Source of the DNA: Candidatus Infernicultor aquiphilus
Lineage (GTDB): Bacteria; Atribacterota; Phoenicimicrobiia; Phoenicimicrobiales; Phoenicimicrobiaceae
Reading direction: 5' to 3'
Assembly: GCA_001873345.1 (NCBI GenBank)
Contig: MNYY01000107.1
Coordinates: 1 to 33,415 of the forward strand
Length of the DNA stretch: 33,415 bases
The translations under genes were made by a program, and so were the position numbers. Of this stretch, positions 1 to 9,027 are shown one piece after another (position 1 is the first letter of the stretch; every line of letters begins with the position of its first letter). The notes beneath the pieces were generated by a model, which saw only the letters and a list, made by a program, of their open reading frames with translations, did not search any database and had not been told where the DNA came from.

Positions 1-22
1 TGATACTTTGTTATCATTAGGA

Positions 23-77
23 GTTCGCTATGTATTGATATTTTATGTTATTAATAAGGGTTCGCTATGTATTGATA
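23..77. repeat. 18-nt direct repeat GTTCGCTATGTATTGATA (23-40, 60-77), part of a degenerate ~37-nt tandem unit
   Basis: Two exact copies seen; flanks also similar (TGATACTT at 1 and 73). Confidence 0.8.
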
Positions 78-126
78 CTTAATAACTATGTACTATATAA
101 TACTAAATAAATAGGAGGATTTTAAA

Positions 127-1149
127 ATGTCAAAAAATGTATTTTTTTTGAAGAGAAGTAAGATATTAGTTTGTGTTTTTGCCACCTTATTGATTTTTCT
201 TTGCTTGGCTATGATAGGGATTAGTTATGCTCAAAGTGCAGAAGAGACCGAAAAGATGAAAAGTATTCAAATTATCAATCCTCATCCTGCTTTTTCTCTT
301 AGATTATGGCTGGATAAAGAGAGGGGGGCAACTTATGCTCCTGGAGAGAGGATTAAAATTTTCTTCCAGGTTTCCAGAGATTCCTTTGTAACCTTATATA
401 GCTATGATACTGGAGGCAGAGGAAAAATTATTTTCCCTAATCCATATTCACCGCATAATTTAGTAAAAGCAGGAGAAGTTAATACCTTTGAAGGGCAAAT
501 TGACCCTTCTTCTCAACCGGGGATTGAGTATGTTCTGGGATTTGCTACCATCAGACCTATCTCTATAGGGTTAATTCCAGAATTAAATAAAGATTATAAA
601 GCTTTTACCCATCAAATTAAAGGTATAATCCAACCTTTACCTCCCACAGATTGGGTACAGGGTAACCTATTAAGTTATACTATAACCCCAATTATTCCAC
701 CTACTAATTATGGTAGAATTATTGTGATGTCCAATCCTCAAAGGGCAAAGGTATATTTAGATAATTCTTATCAAGGAGACACTCCTCTAAATTTAGATAG
801 CATTAGTTCAGGTCAGCATAGTATTAAATTGGTGTTGTCCGGCTATCAGGAATGGAATAGTTATGTTTCCGTCTTCCCTTCGCAGACGACTACTGTTTCT
901 GCTGATTTGATAGTGGAACAGTCTTATGGTACAATCTCCATTTCTTGTAATCAGAGTGGGGCTAAAATATTTTTAGATGGCACCTATAAAAAGACTACCT
1001 TTTCAAGTAATCCGGTAGCCTTAGAAAATATAAAAGACGGATATCACGAACTTACCATAATTAAAGACGGTTTTAGAACCTGGGTAGAAGATATTTGGGT
1101 ATATTTTGGAGAAATATCTTCAGTGGATGTAACCATGACTAAATTATAG
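127..1149 (+). CDS. Secreted protein with DUF4384-like domain and two C-terminal PEGA domains
   Basis: AGGAGG SD; N-terminal signal; 'Y.PGE.I.I' and 'IFPN' DUF4384-like motifs; PEGA patterns SNP..AKVYLD..YQG.TPL and GAKIFLDG..GYHELTI.KDGF. Confidence 0.75.
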   Translation: MSKNVFFLKRSKILVCVFATLLIFLCLAMIGISYAQSAEETEKMKSIQIINPHPAFSLRLWLDKERGATYAPGERIKIFFQVSRDSFVTLYSYDTGGRGKIIFPNPYSPHNLVKAGEVNTFEGQIDPSSQPGIEYVLGFATIRPISIGLIPELNKDYKAFTHQIKGIIQPLPPTDWVQGNLLSYTITPIIPPTNYGRIIVMSNPQRAKVYLDNSYQGDTPLNLDSISSGQHSIKLVLSGYQEWNSYVSVFPSQTTTVSADLIVEQSYGTISISCNQSGAKIFLDGTYKKTTFSSNPVALENIKDGYHELTIIKDGFRTWVEDIWVYFGEISSVDVTMTKL

Positions 1150-1191
1150 AAGTAGCTGGGAATAAATTTTATTAGGAGGAGACAGACCAAT

Positions 1192-2586
1192 ATGAACGAG
1201 ATTGATGTAGCCATTATTGGTGGAGGACCTGGTGGATATGTGGCCGCTATAAAAGCCGCTCATTTAGGGCTAAAGGCAGTCCTGATAGAAAAGGATAAAT
1301 TAGGAGGAGTCTGTTTAAACAGAGGTTGTATACCTACCAAAGCTTTGGTAGGTACCGCTGAGCTATTAAACCAACTCCAAAGGGCTAAAGAATTTGGAAT
1401 TCAAGTTAAAGAATATTCTTATGATTTTCCGGCCATTATGAAGAGGAAAGAAATGATAGCTAAGAGAATGAGTTCCGGGGTAGGACAGCTGATGAAAGCT
1501 AATCAGATTAGGGTAATTCAGGGAGAAGGTAATATATTAGAGCCAGGAGTAGTGGAAGTCATTAATATTGAAGGTAAAAAAGAGCTTATAAAGACTGAGA
1601 ATATTATTATTGCTACCGGTTCCTCAGTGATGAAGATACCTATTCCAGGTTTAGAAAATGAGGGGGTAATAGATAGTGACGGAGCTTTATCCTTAAGCGA
1701 GTTGCCCACCAAGATGATAATTATTGGAGGAGGAGTAATAGGTATAGAATTTGCCGGTATCTTTAAAGCTATGGGAGTGGAAGTTACCGTGGTAGAGATG
1801 CTCCCCAGAATCTTACTTCCTATAGATGAGGAGATAGCCAATAGGCTTGCCTTTATTTTAAAAAGACAGGGAATTAAAATTCTAACCAATAGTAAGGTTG
1901 AAGGGATAGAAAAGACCAATCAGAATTTTAAGGTCCTAATTTCTAACCCAGAAGGAAAACAAAGACTGGAAACCGAAAAAGTTCTTTTAGCTGCCGGTAG
2001 AGTTCCAGATTTTGGGAATATAAATGTTCAAAAATTGGGTATCGAATTGGAGGGAAGAGCTATTAAAGTAGATCAGAAGATGAGGACTAATATCCCTGGC
2101 ATCTATGCAGTAGGAGATGTAGTAGGCAAGATAATGTTAGCTCATGTTGCTTCCCGAGAAGGGATAGTGGCGGTGGAGAACATCTCTGGGAAAGAAGTGT
2201 TAATGGATTATAAAGTGGTGCCTAATTGTGTATTTTCTTTACCTGAAGTAGCCAGTGTAGGATTAACCGAAGAAGAAGCCAGAAAAAAATATGATCAGAT
2301 TAAAGTTTCCAAATTTCCCTATCTAGCCAATGGAAAGGCTTTAGGAATGGGAGAAACTGAGGGGATGGTAAAGATAATTGCCGATAGCGATACTTCTGAA
2401 CTTTTAGGTTTACATATTTTGGGGGCCCATGCTAGTGACTTAATTGCCGAAGGAACCTTGGCTCTTTCTATGGAAGCAACTGCTGAAGAGATTGTAAATA
2501 CTATTCATGCCCATCCCACCCTGGCAGAAACTATCGCTGAAGCAGCTGAGGGAATAATAGGAAAGCCTATTCATCTGACCAGGTAA
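1192..2586 (+). CDS. lpdA: Dihydrolipoyl dehydrogenase
   Basis: GGGPGGY FAD motif, GGVCLNRGCIPTK redox disulfide, GGGVIG NAD motif, C-terminal HAHPTLAE. Confidence 0.95.
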   Translation: MNEIDVAIIGGGPGGYVAAIKAAHLGLKAVLIEKDKLGGVCLNRGCIPTKALVGTAELLNQLQRAKEFGIQVKEYSYDFPAIMKRKEMIAKRMSSGVGQLMKANQIRVIQGEGNILEPGVVEVINIEGKKELIKTENIIIATGSSVMKIPIPGLENEGVIDSDGALSLSELPTKMIIIGGGVIGIEFAGIFKAMGVEVTVVEMLPRILLPIDEEIANRLAFILKRQGIKILTNSKVEGIEKTNQNFKVLISNPEGKQRLETEKVLLAAGRVPDFGNINVQKLGIELEGRAIKVDQKMRTNIPGIYAVGDVVGKIMLAHVASREGIVAVENISGKEVLMDYKVVPNCVFSLPEVASVGLTEEEARKKYDQIKVSKFPYLANGKALGMGETEGMVKIIADSDTSELLGLHILGAHASDLIAEGTLALSMEATAEEIVNTIHAHPTLAETIAEAAEGIIGKPIHLTR

Positions 2587-2596
2587 TTGGTCAAAG

Positions 2597-2658
2597 TTTG
2601 CCAAGGGACGGTCCTTTGACAAAGTCTTAAGTTTGTCAAAGGACCGTCCCTTGGCAAA
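2597..2658. repeat. REP doublet (REPIN-like): perfect 27-bp inverted repeat with 8-nt spacer
   Basis: TTTGCCAAGGGACGGTCCTTTGACAAA (2597-2623) and its exact reverse complement (2632-2658); near-identical to the repeats flanking the transposase at 10513 and 11401; lies between convergent genes. Confidence 0.9.
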
Positions 2659-2661
2659 GTA

Positions 2662-3342
2662 TTAAGTGAGATAAAATAATATACCAAAAAAATGAGAAAT
2701 ACTTCCCCCCAGGACAAAAAGATGCCAGATGGGGTGGTGGTAAGGCAATCTTTTCCATAAATAAAAGATTATTCCCAAAAGGTAAAAAGCTCCCCCGATA
2801 AACAGACAGAAAATCATTTTTTGAGGCAGTATCAGCAGCATTGGTTTAAAGGCAACAACAATGAGTAATCCCATAACTACATAAGATAAAACCATTACCG
2901 GTTTGAGTTTTTCTTTAAAGGCTATAGAGATTATAATCCCAGCTATGGCCATTCCCCAGATAAGCCCAAAAAGAGTCCATCCCCAGGCTCCCCTCATAGA
3001 AACAAGAGTTATGGGAGTATAGCTTCCGGCGATAAGAAGATAGATAGCCAGATGATCCAGGATTCTAAAAATATTTTTTACCTTTGGGTTTACAAAACTA
3101 TGGTAAAGGGTGGAAGATAGATAAAGCAAGATAAGCGTAGCTCCATATATACTGAAACTTACCATGCGCCAGGCATCGCCGCGTTTGCTGGCCAGAACTA
3201 CCAGAATTACCAGAGCTGCAGTACTTAAAACCACTCCCAGGCCATGAGTAATACTATTGGCAATTTCTTCACCAATAGTTTGAGCTCCAAAGAGATTAGT
3301 CTCTTTTTTTAATTTATTTTTTTTATTTTCTATTTTTTTCAT
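2662..3342 (-). CDS. Hemolysin III / PAQR family membrane protein
   Basis: EEIANSITHG, SSTLYH, LDH.AIYLLIAGSYTP and HPIWHLFVL.G motifs; about 7 TM segments. Confidence 0.92.
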   Translation of the reverse strand: MKKIENKKNKLKKETNLFGAQTIGEEIANSITHGLGVVLSTAALVILVVLASKRGDAWRMVSFSIYGATLILLYLSSTLYHSFVNPKVKNIFRILDHLAIYLLIAGSYTPITLVSMRGAWGWTLFGLIWGMAIAGIIISIAFKEKLKPVMVLSYVVMGLLIVVAFKPMLLILPQKMIFCLFIGGAFYLLGIIFYLWKRLPYHHPIWHLFVLGGSISHFFGILFYLT

Positions 3343-3584
3343 CTATTTTTTAATTTCAGGCTATTTTTAAAAAGATAGTTATTTTATTAAAATTATATAG
3401 GTTATTTATGGAGAAATCAACCTCCCGATGAATAATGTTTTATTAGTATGGTTTTATTTAAAAAGAAAGAATAGTATAATATGCTAAGTTGATTAAAATA
3501 TTATTTTAACTCCCGTAGTAGATATAATAATTATACTGAATTTAATTATTTAAAAAAGATATAGATAGAAAGGAAGATTGATTA

Positions 3585-4955
3585 ATGAGGGAAATATTAG
3601 AAAAAGCCTTAAGGAAAAAAGGTAAAGTAGATTATCTGGAGATAAGAGCGGAAAAAAGAGAAACTACTACCATTCATTTTCAGGGTAAAAATTTAGAAAA
3701 ATTAAATTGTGCTCAAGAATGGGGAGGAAATATCAGAGCCCTGGTCAAAGGGGGATGGAGTTTTATTACTTTCAATCAGTTTAATGATTTAGAGGAAAAA
3801 GTAGAACAAGCAATAAAGATAGCGAACTTAATTACTAAAGAAGAAAGTAAACTAGCAGCTATTCCTCCCGTAGTAGAAATAGTAAAAAAAGAGTTGGATG
3901 AAGATTTCCGTCAGGTAAGTTTAAAAGAAAAAAAAGAAGTAATCGAAAATTATAATCATAGAATTTTAAATTATGATCAAAAAATACAATCATCTAGTGT
4001 GGTTTATGCTGATATTTTTTCCACGGTTTATTTTGTTAATTCTGAAGGAAGTTATATAGAACAAGAAAAACCCTTTCTAAGAGTAAGTTTTACCGCTATA
4101 GCCCGAGAAGGAGATAATGTCCAGATGGCTAGTGAGACTTTAGGAACTACCAAAGGTTTTCGTATAGTAAGAGATATTTTACCCCGGGCAGAAAAAGCTA
4201 CTACCCGAGCCCTGGCTCTCCTTAAAGCTCAGCCAGTGGAGGGAGGAGAATATACCGTTATTATAGATCAAACCCTGGGAGGTGTTTTTATCCATGAAGC
4301 CTTTGGGCACTTAAGTGAAGCAGATTTTCTTTATGAAGATGATAGGATGAAAAGTTTAATGATTTTAGGGAAAAGAATTGGTTCTCCCCAACTTAATGTA
4401 GTGGATGATGGATCTCTTCCGGATTTGATAGGTTCTTCTAAATATGATGATGAAGGGGTTAAAACAAAGAAGAATTATCTGATTAAAGATGGAATTTTAG
4501 TGGGGAGACTTCACTCCAGAGAGACGGCAGAAAAGATGGGAGAGGAACCGACCGGAAATGCCCGGGCCCTTGACTATAATTTTAAACCTATGGTCAGAAT
4601 GACCAATACTTATATTGAGAATGGGGAGGTTCCTTTTAAGGATTTATTGTCTGGAATAAAAAAAGGAATTTATGCCAAAGACTGTTTTGGAGGTAATACT
4701 ACTTTTGAGATGTTTACTTTTAGCTCCGGAGAAGGGTTTATGATCAGGGATGGAAAAATTGCTGAGCCGGTTAGAGATGTAGTCTTAAGCGGCAATCTTT
4801 TTTCTACTCTTCTGAATATCGAAGGGATAGGGGATGACTTAAAAATAATAGAAGCAGCTGGAGGATGTGGTAAAGGTGGTCAGTCTCCCTTGCCGGTATC
4901 TTTCGGTAGTCCACACCTTAGGATAAAAAAAATAATCGTAGGAGGTGGACAGTAA
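3585..4955 (+). CDS. tldD: TldD metalloprotease subunit
   Basis: HEAFGH zinc motif, DDEG, TGNAR, RMTNT, C-terminal GCGK. Confidence 0.9.
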   Translation: MREILEKALRKKGKVDYLEIRAEKRETTTIHFQGKNLEKLNCAQEWGGNIRALVKGGWSFITFNQFNDLEEKVEQAIKIANLITKEESKLAAIPPVVEIVKKELDEDFRQVSLKEKKEVIENYNHRILNYDQKIQSSSVVYADIFSTVYFVNSEGSYIEQEKPFLRVSFTAIAREGDNVQMASETLGTTKGFRIVRDILPRAEKATTRALALLKAQPVEGGEYTVIIDQTLGGVFIHEAFGHLSEADFLYEDDRMKSLMILGKRIGSPQLNVVDDGSLPDLIGSSKYDDEGVKTKKNYLIKDGILVGRLHSRETAEKMGEEPTGNARALDYNFKPMVRMTNTYIENGEVPFKDLLSGIKKGIYAKDCFGGNTTFEMFTFSSGEGFMIRDGKIAEPVRDVVLSGNLFSTLLNIEGIGDDLKIIEAAGGCGKGGQSPLPVSFGSPHLRIKKIIVGGGQ

Positions 4956-6273
4956 ATTGAAAAAATTAATGAAAAAAATCAGTAAAAAAGTGGATTCCGC
5001 TGAGTTATTTAAAATAAAAAACCAGACTGTTCCGGTAAATTTTGAAGTAAATAGATTAAAAGCGATAGATATTTCTGAGACTGAAGGGCAAGCTTTACGG
5101 GTAATAAATAATGGGAAAGTGGGATTTTCTTCTTCCACTGGGGGATATAATTTAGACTTGATGATTGATAAATCAATAGCTACTTCTGAATTTGGTCCCA
5201 GAGCTTCTTTTGATTTTCCTAAAGAAGTAAAATTAGAAGAGAAAGAGAAAGTAAATATTTACGATGCTCAAGTGGCAGAAAAAAGTATTGAAGCAATGAT
5301 TAGTACCGGGGAAGATATTATTAAGGAGATAGGAAAAGTCAATCGAGAGTTAAGGTGTGATGTTAATATTTTAAAGAATTACCTGGAAGTAAAATACCTG
5401 AATTCTAAAGGAGGAAGTTATTCTTATCAAAAGACCATAATGGCTTATTCTGCAATGGTGCAAAAAACAGAAGAGGAAGATATGTTGATCTTATATTCCT
5501 CTTTAGAATCGGGGAGAGATAATCTTAATTCAGGAAAATTGTGTGCTGAACTGATTGAAAAATTAGAATGGGGAGAAAAAATTGTTTCAGTAGAAAGTGG
5601 AAAGATGCCAGTTATATTTACTCCTGAGGCAGCTTTGGTGTTAATCCTTCCTCTAATTATGGGCTTAAATGGAAAGATGGTGCTCAAGAAAGTATCCCCT
5701 TTGTCCGATAAAAAAGGAGAAAAAATGTGGAGTGAATTATTTTCCCTGGATAGCGATGGAACTATAGATTTTGCCCTGGGGAGTGCTCCTTTTGATGATG
5801 AAGGAGTAAAGATGAAAAGGTTGCCTTTAGTAGAAAAGGGAGCAATTAAAAACTTTTATTATGATTTACAGACTGCGGGGATAGTTGGAGTAGAAAGCAC
5901 CGGTAATGGATTAAGGGGGTATATACATAGTGGACCTGCCCCGGAAGTAAATAATTTAATTATACCAGAAGGGAAAGTTTCCTTTTTAGAGATGGTAAAA
6001 GATATTAAGCAGGGGATAATTGTAGATCAGGTTCTGGGGTTAGGACAGGGGAATATAATTAGCGGAGCTTTTTCCAATAATGTACAATTAGGTTTTAAAA
6101 TTGAGAATGGTAAAATAGTAGGAAGAGTCAAGGATGTAATGATCGCTGGTAATGCTCTCCAAGAATTAAATAATATAATAGCTTTAGGTAATAAAGCCAA
6201 ATGGGTTTCAGGAAAACATAAATTTCCCCACATCTACTTAAAATCCCTTTCCGTTTCTACTAAGAATAAATAA
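4945..6273 (+). CDS. pmbA: PmbA/TldE family subunit (start may be TTG at 4957)
   Basis: PFDDEG and STGNG motifs, no HExxH, coupled to tldD; GGAGGTG at 4941-4947 fits a TTG start at 4957. Confidence 0.85.
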   Translation: MDSKLKKLMKKISKKVDSAELFKIKNQTVPVNFEVNRLKAIDISETEGQALRVINNGKVGFSSSTGGYNLDLMIDKSIATSEFGPRASFDFPKEVKLEEKEKVNIYDAQVAEKSIEAMISTGEDIIKEIGKVNRELRCDVNILKNYLEVKYLNSKGGSYSYQKTIMAYSAMVQKTEEEDMLILYSSLESGRDNLNSGKLCAELIEKLEWGEKIVSVESGKMPVIFTPEAALVLILPLIMGLNGKMVLKKVSPLSDKKGEKMWSELFSLDSDGTIDFALGSAPFDDEGVKMKRLPLVEKGAIKNFYYDLQTAGIVGVESTGNGLRGYIHSGPAPEVNNLIIPEGKVSFLEMVKDIKQGIIVDQVLGLGQGNIISGAFSNNVQLGFKIENGKIVGRVKDVMIAGNALQELNNIIALGNKAKWVSGKHKFPHIYLKSLSVSTKNK

Positions 6274-6372
6274 GAGATAGAGCAATATTTTTAAAACAGA
6301 TAAACATCTAAATCGGGAATAGCAATTATGATAATATATCATATATTTTCCCAAAAGAAGAGGAGGCAGAGA

Positions 6373-7380
6373 ATGATAATTAATAATTTTAAACCTTTTA
6401 ACGGTCAACACTGTGAAACAACTGCCACCGGAAGTTTACTTCAGCATTTAGGAATTTATTTTTCCGAACCCTTACTCTTTGGATTAGGTGGAGGGTTAAG
6501 CTTCATTATTTGGAATAGGAAAACAATGGATTTCCCTTTTATTGGAGGGAGAATAAAAACTGATTTATTGACTCAGAATATTACCCGGCATCTTAACTTG
6601 AAGTTTAAGGTTCAGGAAACCTCTTCAGTGAAAAAAGCCTGGGAGAACGTAAAAGAAAAGATTGATTTAGGTATTCCGGTGGGAATAAAGCTGGACTCTT
6701 ATTATCTGGACTATTTTACTAAAAAATTTTATTTCGCTGGTCATTATGTAGCTATGTATGGATATGATGAAAATAATGCTTATCTGGTGGATACTATCCA
6801 ACAGGGTGGATTGGTGAAAACTTCTTTAAAGAACCTTGAACTGGCCAGGAATGAAAAAGGACCGATGTCATCTAAAAATCTCTCTTATACCTTTCAGACT
6901 ACCAATAAAAAATATGACCTAAAGAAAGAAATAATGCAGGCTATCAGCGATAACGCTAAAAATTACTTGAATCCTCCTATCGAAAATATTAGCTATAAAG
7001 GTATCTTAAAGGCCAGTAAAGAAATAATAAAATGGTTTAAGAGAAGTAAAGATGTGGAAGGAGATTTTAAAACAACTGCCATGTTAATGGAAAAAGCCGG
7101 TACCGGCGGGGCACTGTTCAGAAATCTTTATCGAGACTTTTTAAAAGAAAGTTATCAGCTGTTAAAAGTAGAAGAAATAAAAAAAGCTTACGGTTTATTT
7201 GTTAATATTGCCCAGTTGTGGAGAACAGTTTCTAAATTATTTATGAAAGCAGGAGATAAGAAGGACATGGTGTATGTCAATAAGGCCTCAGATGTATTAG
7301 CAGAAATATCCCACCAAGAAAAAGAAGCGATGAGTATTTTGTTAAAGATAGGTCAAGAAATAATCCTTCAACAAGTTTAA
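6373..7380 (+). CDS. BtrH N-terminal / DUF4872 family protein (papain-like fold)
   Basis: G.HCET motif, SEPLLFGLG.GL.F, FAGHYV, GTGGALFR.LY.DFL; AGGAGG SD favours ATG 6373 over 6328. Confidence 0.8.
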   Translation: MIINNFKPFNGQHCETTATGSLLQHLGIYFSEPLLFGLGGGLSFIIWNRKTMDFPFIGGRIKTDLLTQNITRHLNLKFKVQETSSVKKAWENVKEKIDLGIPVGIKLDSYYLDYFTKKFYFAGHYVAMYGYDENNAYLVDTIQQGGLVKTSLKNLELARNEKGPMSSKNLSYTFQTTNKKYDLKKEIMQAISDNAKNYLNPPIENISYKGILKASKEIIKWFKRSKDVEGDFKTTAMLMEKAGTGGALFRNLYRDFLKESYQLLKVEEIKKAYGLFVNIAQLWRTVSKLFMKAGDKKDMVYVNKASDVLAEISHQEKEAMSILLKIGQEIILQQV

Positions 7381-7527
7381 TATTTTTTGAGAAATGGAGT
7401 ATATATCTTGAAATTTTTATGCTGGTGTGATAAAAAGTAATTAGAAAAAGAGCTATTTTTTAGTAAAATACTGCAACAAGGTAATTTATAGTGTTCTCAG
7501 ATAATAAATAGGAAAGGTAAACAGAAA

Positions 7528-8076
7528 ATGGAAGAAAAAATTGTTTATTTCGAAAAACCGGGAAAAGAAAATACCGCAGAAGTTATAAAATTAGTTCTAG
7601 AAAGGGCCAAATTAAGAAATATCCACCGGATTGTTCTGGCCTCAACCAAGGGGAATACTGCAAAATCATTCTTAGATGCTGTGGAGGGGAAGGATGTTAA
7701 TTTAGTGGTAGTTCCCTGGCAATTCAGTTTTAAAGAGGAGGGGAATCCTTTTCCGCAAGAATTAGCAAATGAACTACGGGGAAAGAAACATGTGGTACAC
7801 TTTGGAACGATGCTATTTCATACTGTTGATTTATATGGGACAAATACACCACAGGCCTTGGCTAATATGCTTAGAGTTTTTGGACAAGGAATGAAGGTAT
7901 GTGTGGAGATAATTATGATGGCTTGTGATGGCGGCTGTATAAAAATGGGCGAAAAAGTAATTGTAGTTGCCGGGACGCATTCTGGTGCAGATACAGCAGT
8001 GGTAGCTACTGCAGCACCCAGTACCAAGGTAACTTTACTACGAATTAATGAGATTATTTGTAAACCTATTTTATAA
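7528..8076 (+). CDS. Pyruvate kinase C-terminal-like alpha/beta domain protein (MTH1675-like)
   Basis: YFEKPGKENT, VLAST.G.TA, FGQGMKVCVEI..MA.D.G, GADTAVV, EIICKP. Confidence 0.85.
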   Translation: MEEKIVYFEKPGKENTAEVIKLVLERAKLRNIHRIVLASTKGNTAKSFLDAVEGKDVNLVVVPWQFSFKEEGNPFPQELANELRGKKHVVHFGTMLFHTVDLYGTNTPQALANMLRVFGQGMKVCVEIIMMACDGGCIKMGEKVIVVAGTHSGADTAVVATAAPSTKVTLLRINEIICKPIL

Positions 8077-8251
8077 TTCTTAATAAGAAAAAATTAATAA
8101 GTAATATTTCCATTATAATTATCAAAGTAGTAATTTTAATTGAATCACTTATGGAGATAAATATCTATTAAACTCATATTTTTCAACTTATTCGTTTGGT
8201 TGGATTTTATAGAAATAAAAATATTAATTAAATTAATAAGGAGGGGAAAAG

Positions 8252-8986
8252 ATGTTTAAATTTATTTTACTTATATTGTTCTTTATGGGTATGGCGAGCT
8301 CAGCGAATGCTCAGACTCAATTTGAAACAGATATTATCACCACCTCTGCTGGTGATCTAAAAATTACCTTTATCGGTCACGGCAGCTTAATCTTTACCTT
8401 TAATGGAAAAGTTATTCATATTGACCCCTACGGTGAGCTGGCGGATTACTCTATACTTCCTAAAGCAGATATTATTCTGATAACCCACGAGCATAGCGAC
8501 CATTTTGACTTAGCAGTAATCAAGATGTTACGAACTAATAAAACCGAATTGGTTCTTACGGAAACCTGTGCCCAGAAGATTTCAGGTGGTATGGTTATGA
8601 AGAATGGGGGGGTGCAAACTGTTCAGGGGATAAAAATTGAGGCAGTGCCAGCATACAATATTATTCATAAACGTGATAATGGTCAACCCTTCCATCCGCA
8701 GGGTGTAGGAAATGGGTATATCCTGACCTTTGGTGATAAACGAATCTATGTGGCCGGTGATACCGAAAATATTCCCGAGATGAAAACAATACAGGGAGTT
8801 GATGTAGCTTTTTTACCTATGAATCTGCCCTACACGATGACACCGGGGATGGTTGCTGATGCTGCAAAAGTCTTAAAGCCGAAAATCCTGTACCCCTATC
8901 ATTACGGTGATACGGATACTTCTAAACTGGTGGAATTGCTGAAGGATGAGCAGGAGATTGAAGTGCGTATTCGTAAGATGAGCTAA
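8252..8986 (+). CDS. Exported MBL-fold metallo-hydrolase
   Basis: Signal peptide; GHGS, IDP, THEHSDH, YVAGDT, PYHYG. Confidence 0.9.
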   Translation: MFKFILLILFFMGMASSANAQTQFETDIITTSAGDLKITFIGHGSLIFTFNGKVIHIDPYGELADYSILPKADIILITHEHSDHFDLAVIKMLRTNKTELVLTETCAQKISGGMVMKNGGVQTVQGIKIEAVPAYNIIHKRDNGQPFHPQGVGNGYILTFGDKRIYVAGDTENIPEMKTIQGVDVAFLPMNLPYTMTPGMVADAAKVLKPKILYPYHYGDTDTSKLVELLKDEQEIEVRIRKMS

Positions 8987-9027
8987 ACCTACGATTTTAT
9001 ATTATTCTAATTTTTTGGAGAAATTTG

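Noticed and set aside
1-80. Possible CRISPR array
   Set aside because: Only two short repeats, spacers too short and similar to each other, no cas operon.
1518-1919. Antisense or nested ORFs of the track (also 4839, 5445, 6027, 7818, 10010, 12183, 12973, 15031, 16838, 18612, 19734, 22596, 27475, 29755, 30102, 30630, 31363, 32176, 32480)
   Set aside because: Shadows of well-supported genes with no recognisable motifs.
2440-2622. 60-aa minus-strand ORF starting in the REP doublet
   Set aside because: The start arises from repeat sequence and the ORF overlaps lpdA antisense.
3585-7380. tldD-pmbA-BtrH-like genes as a RiPP cluster
   Set aside because: No adjacent precursor or modifying enzyme; tldD/pmbA pairs are common housekeeping genes.
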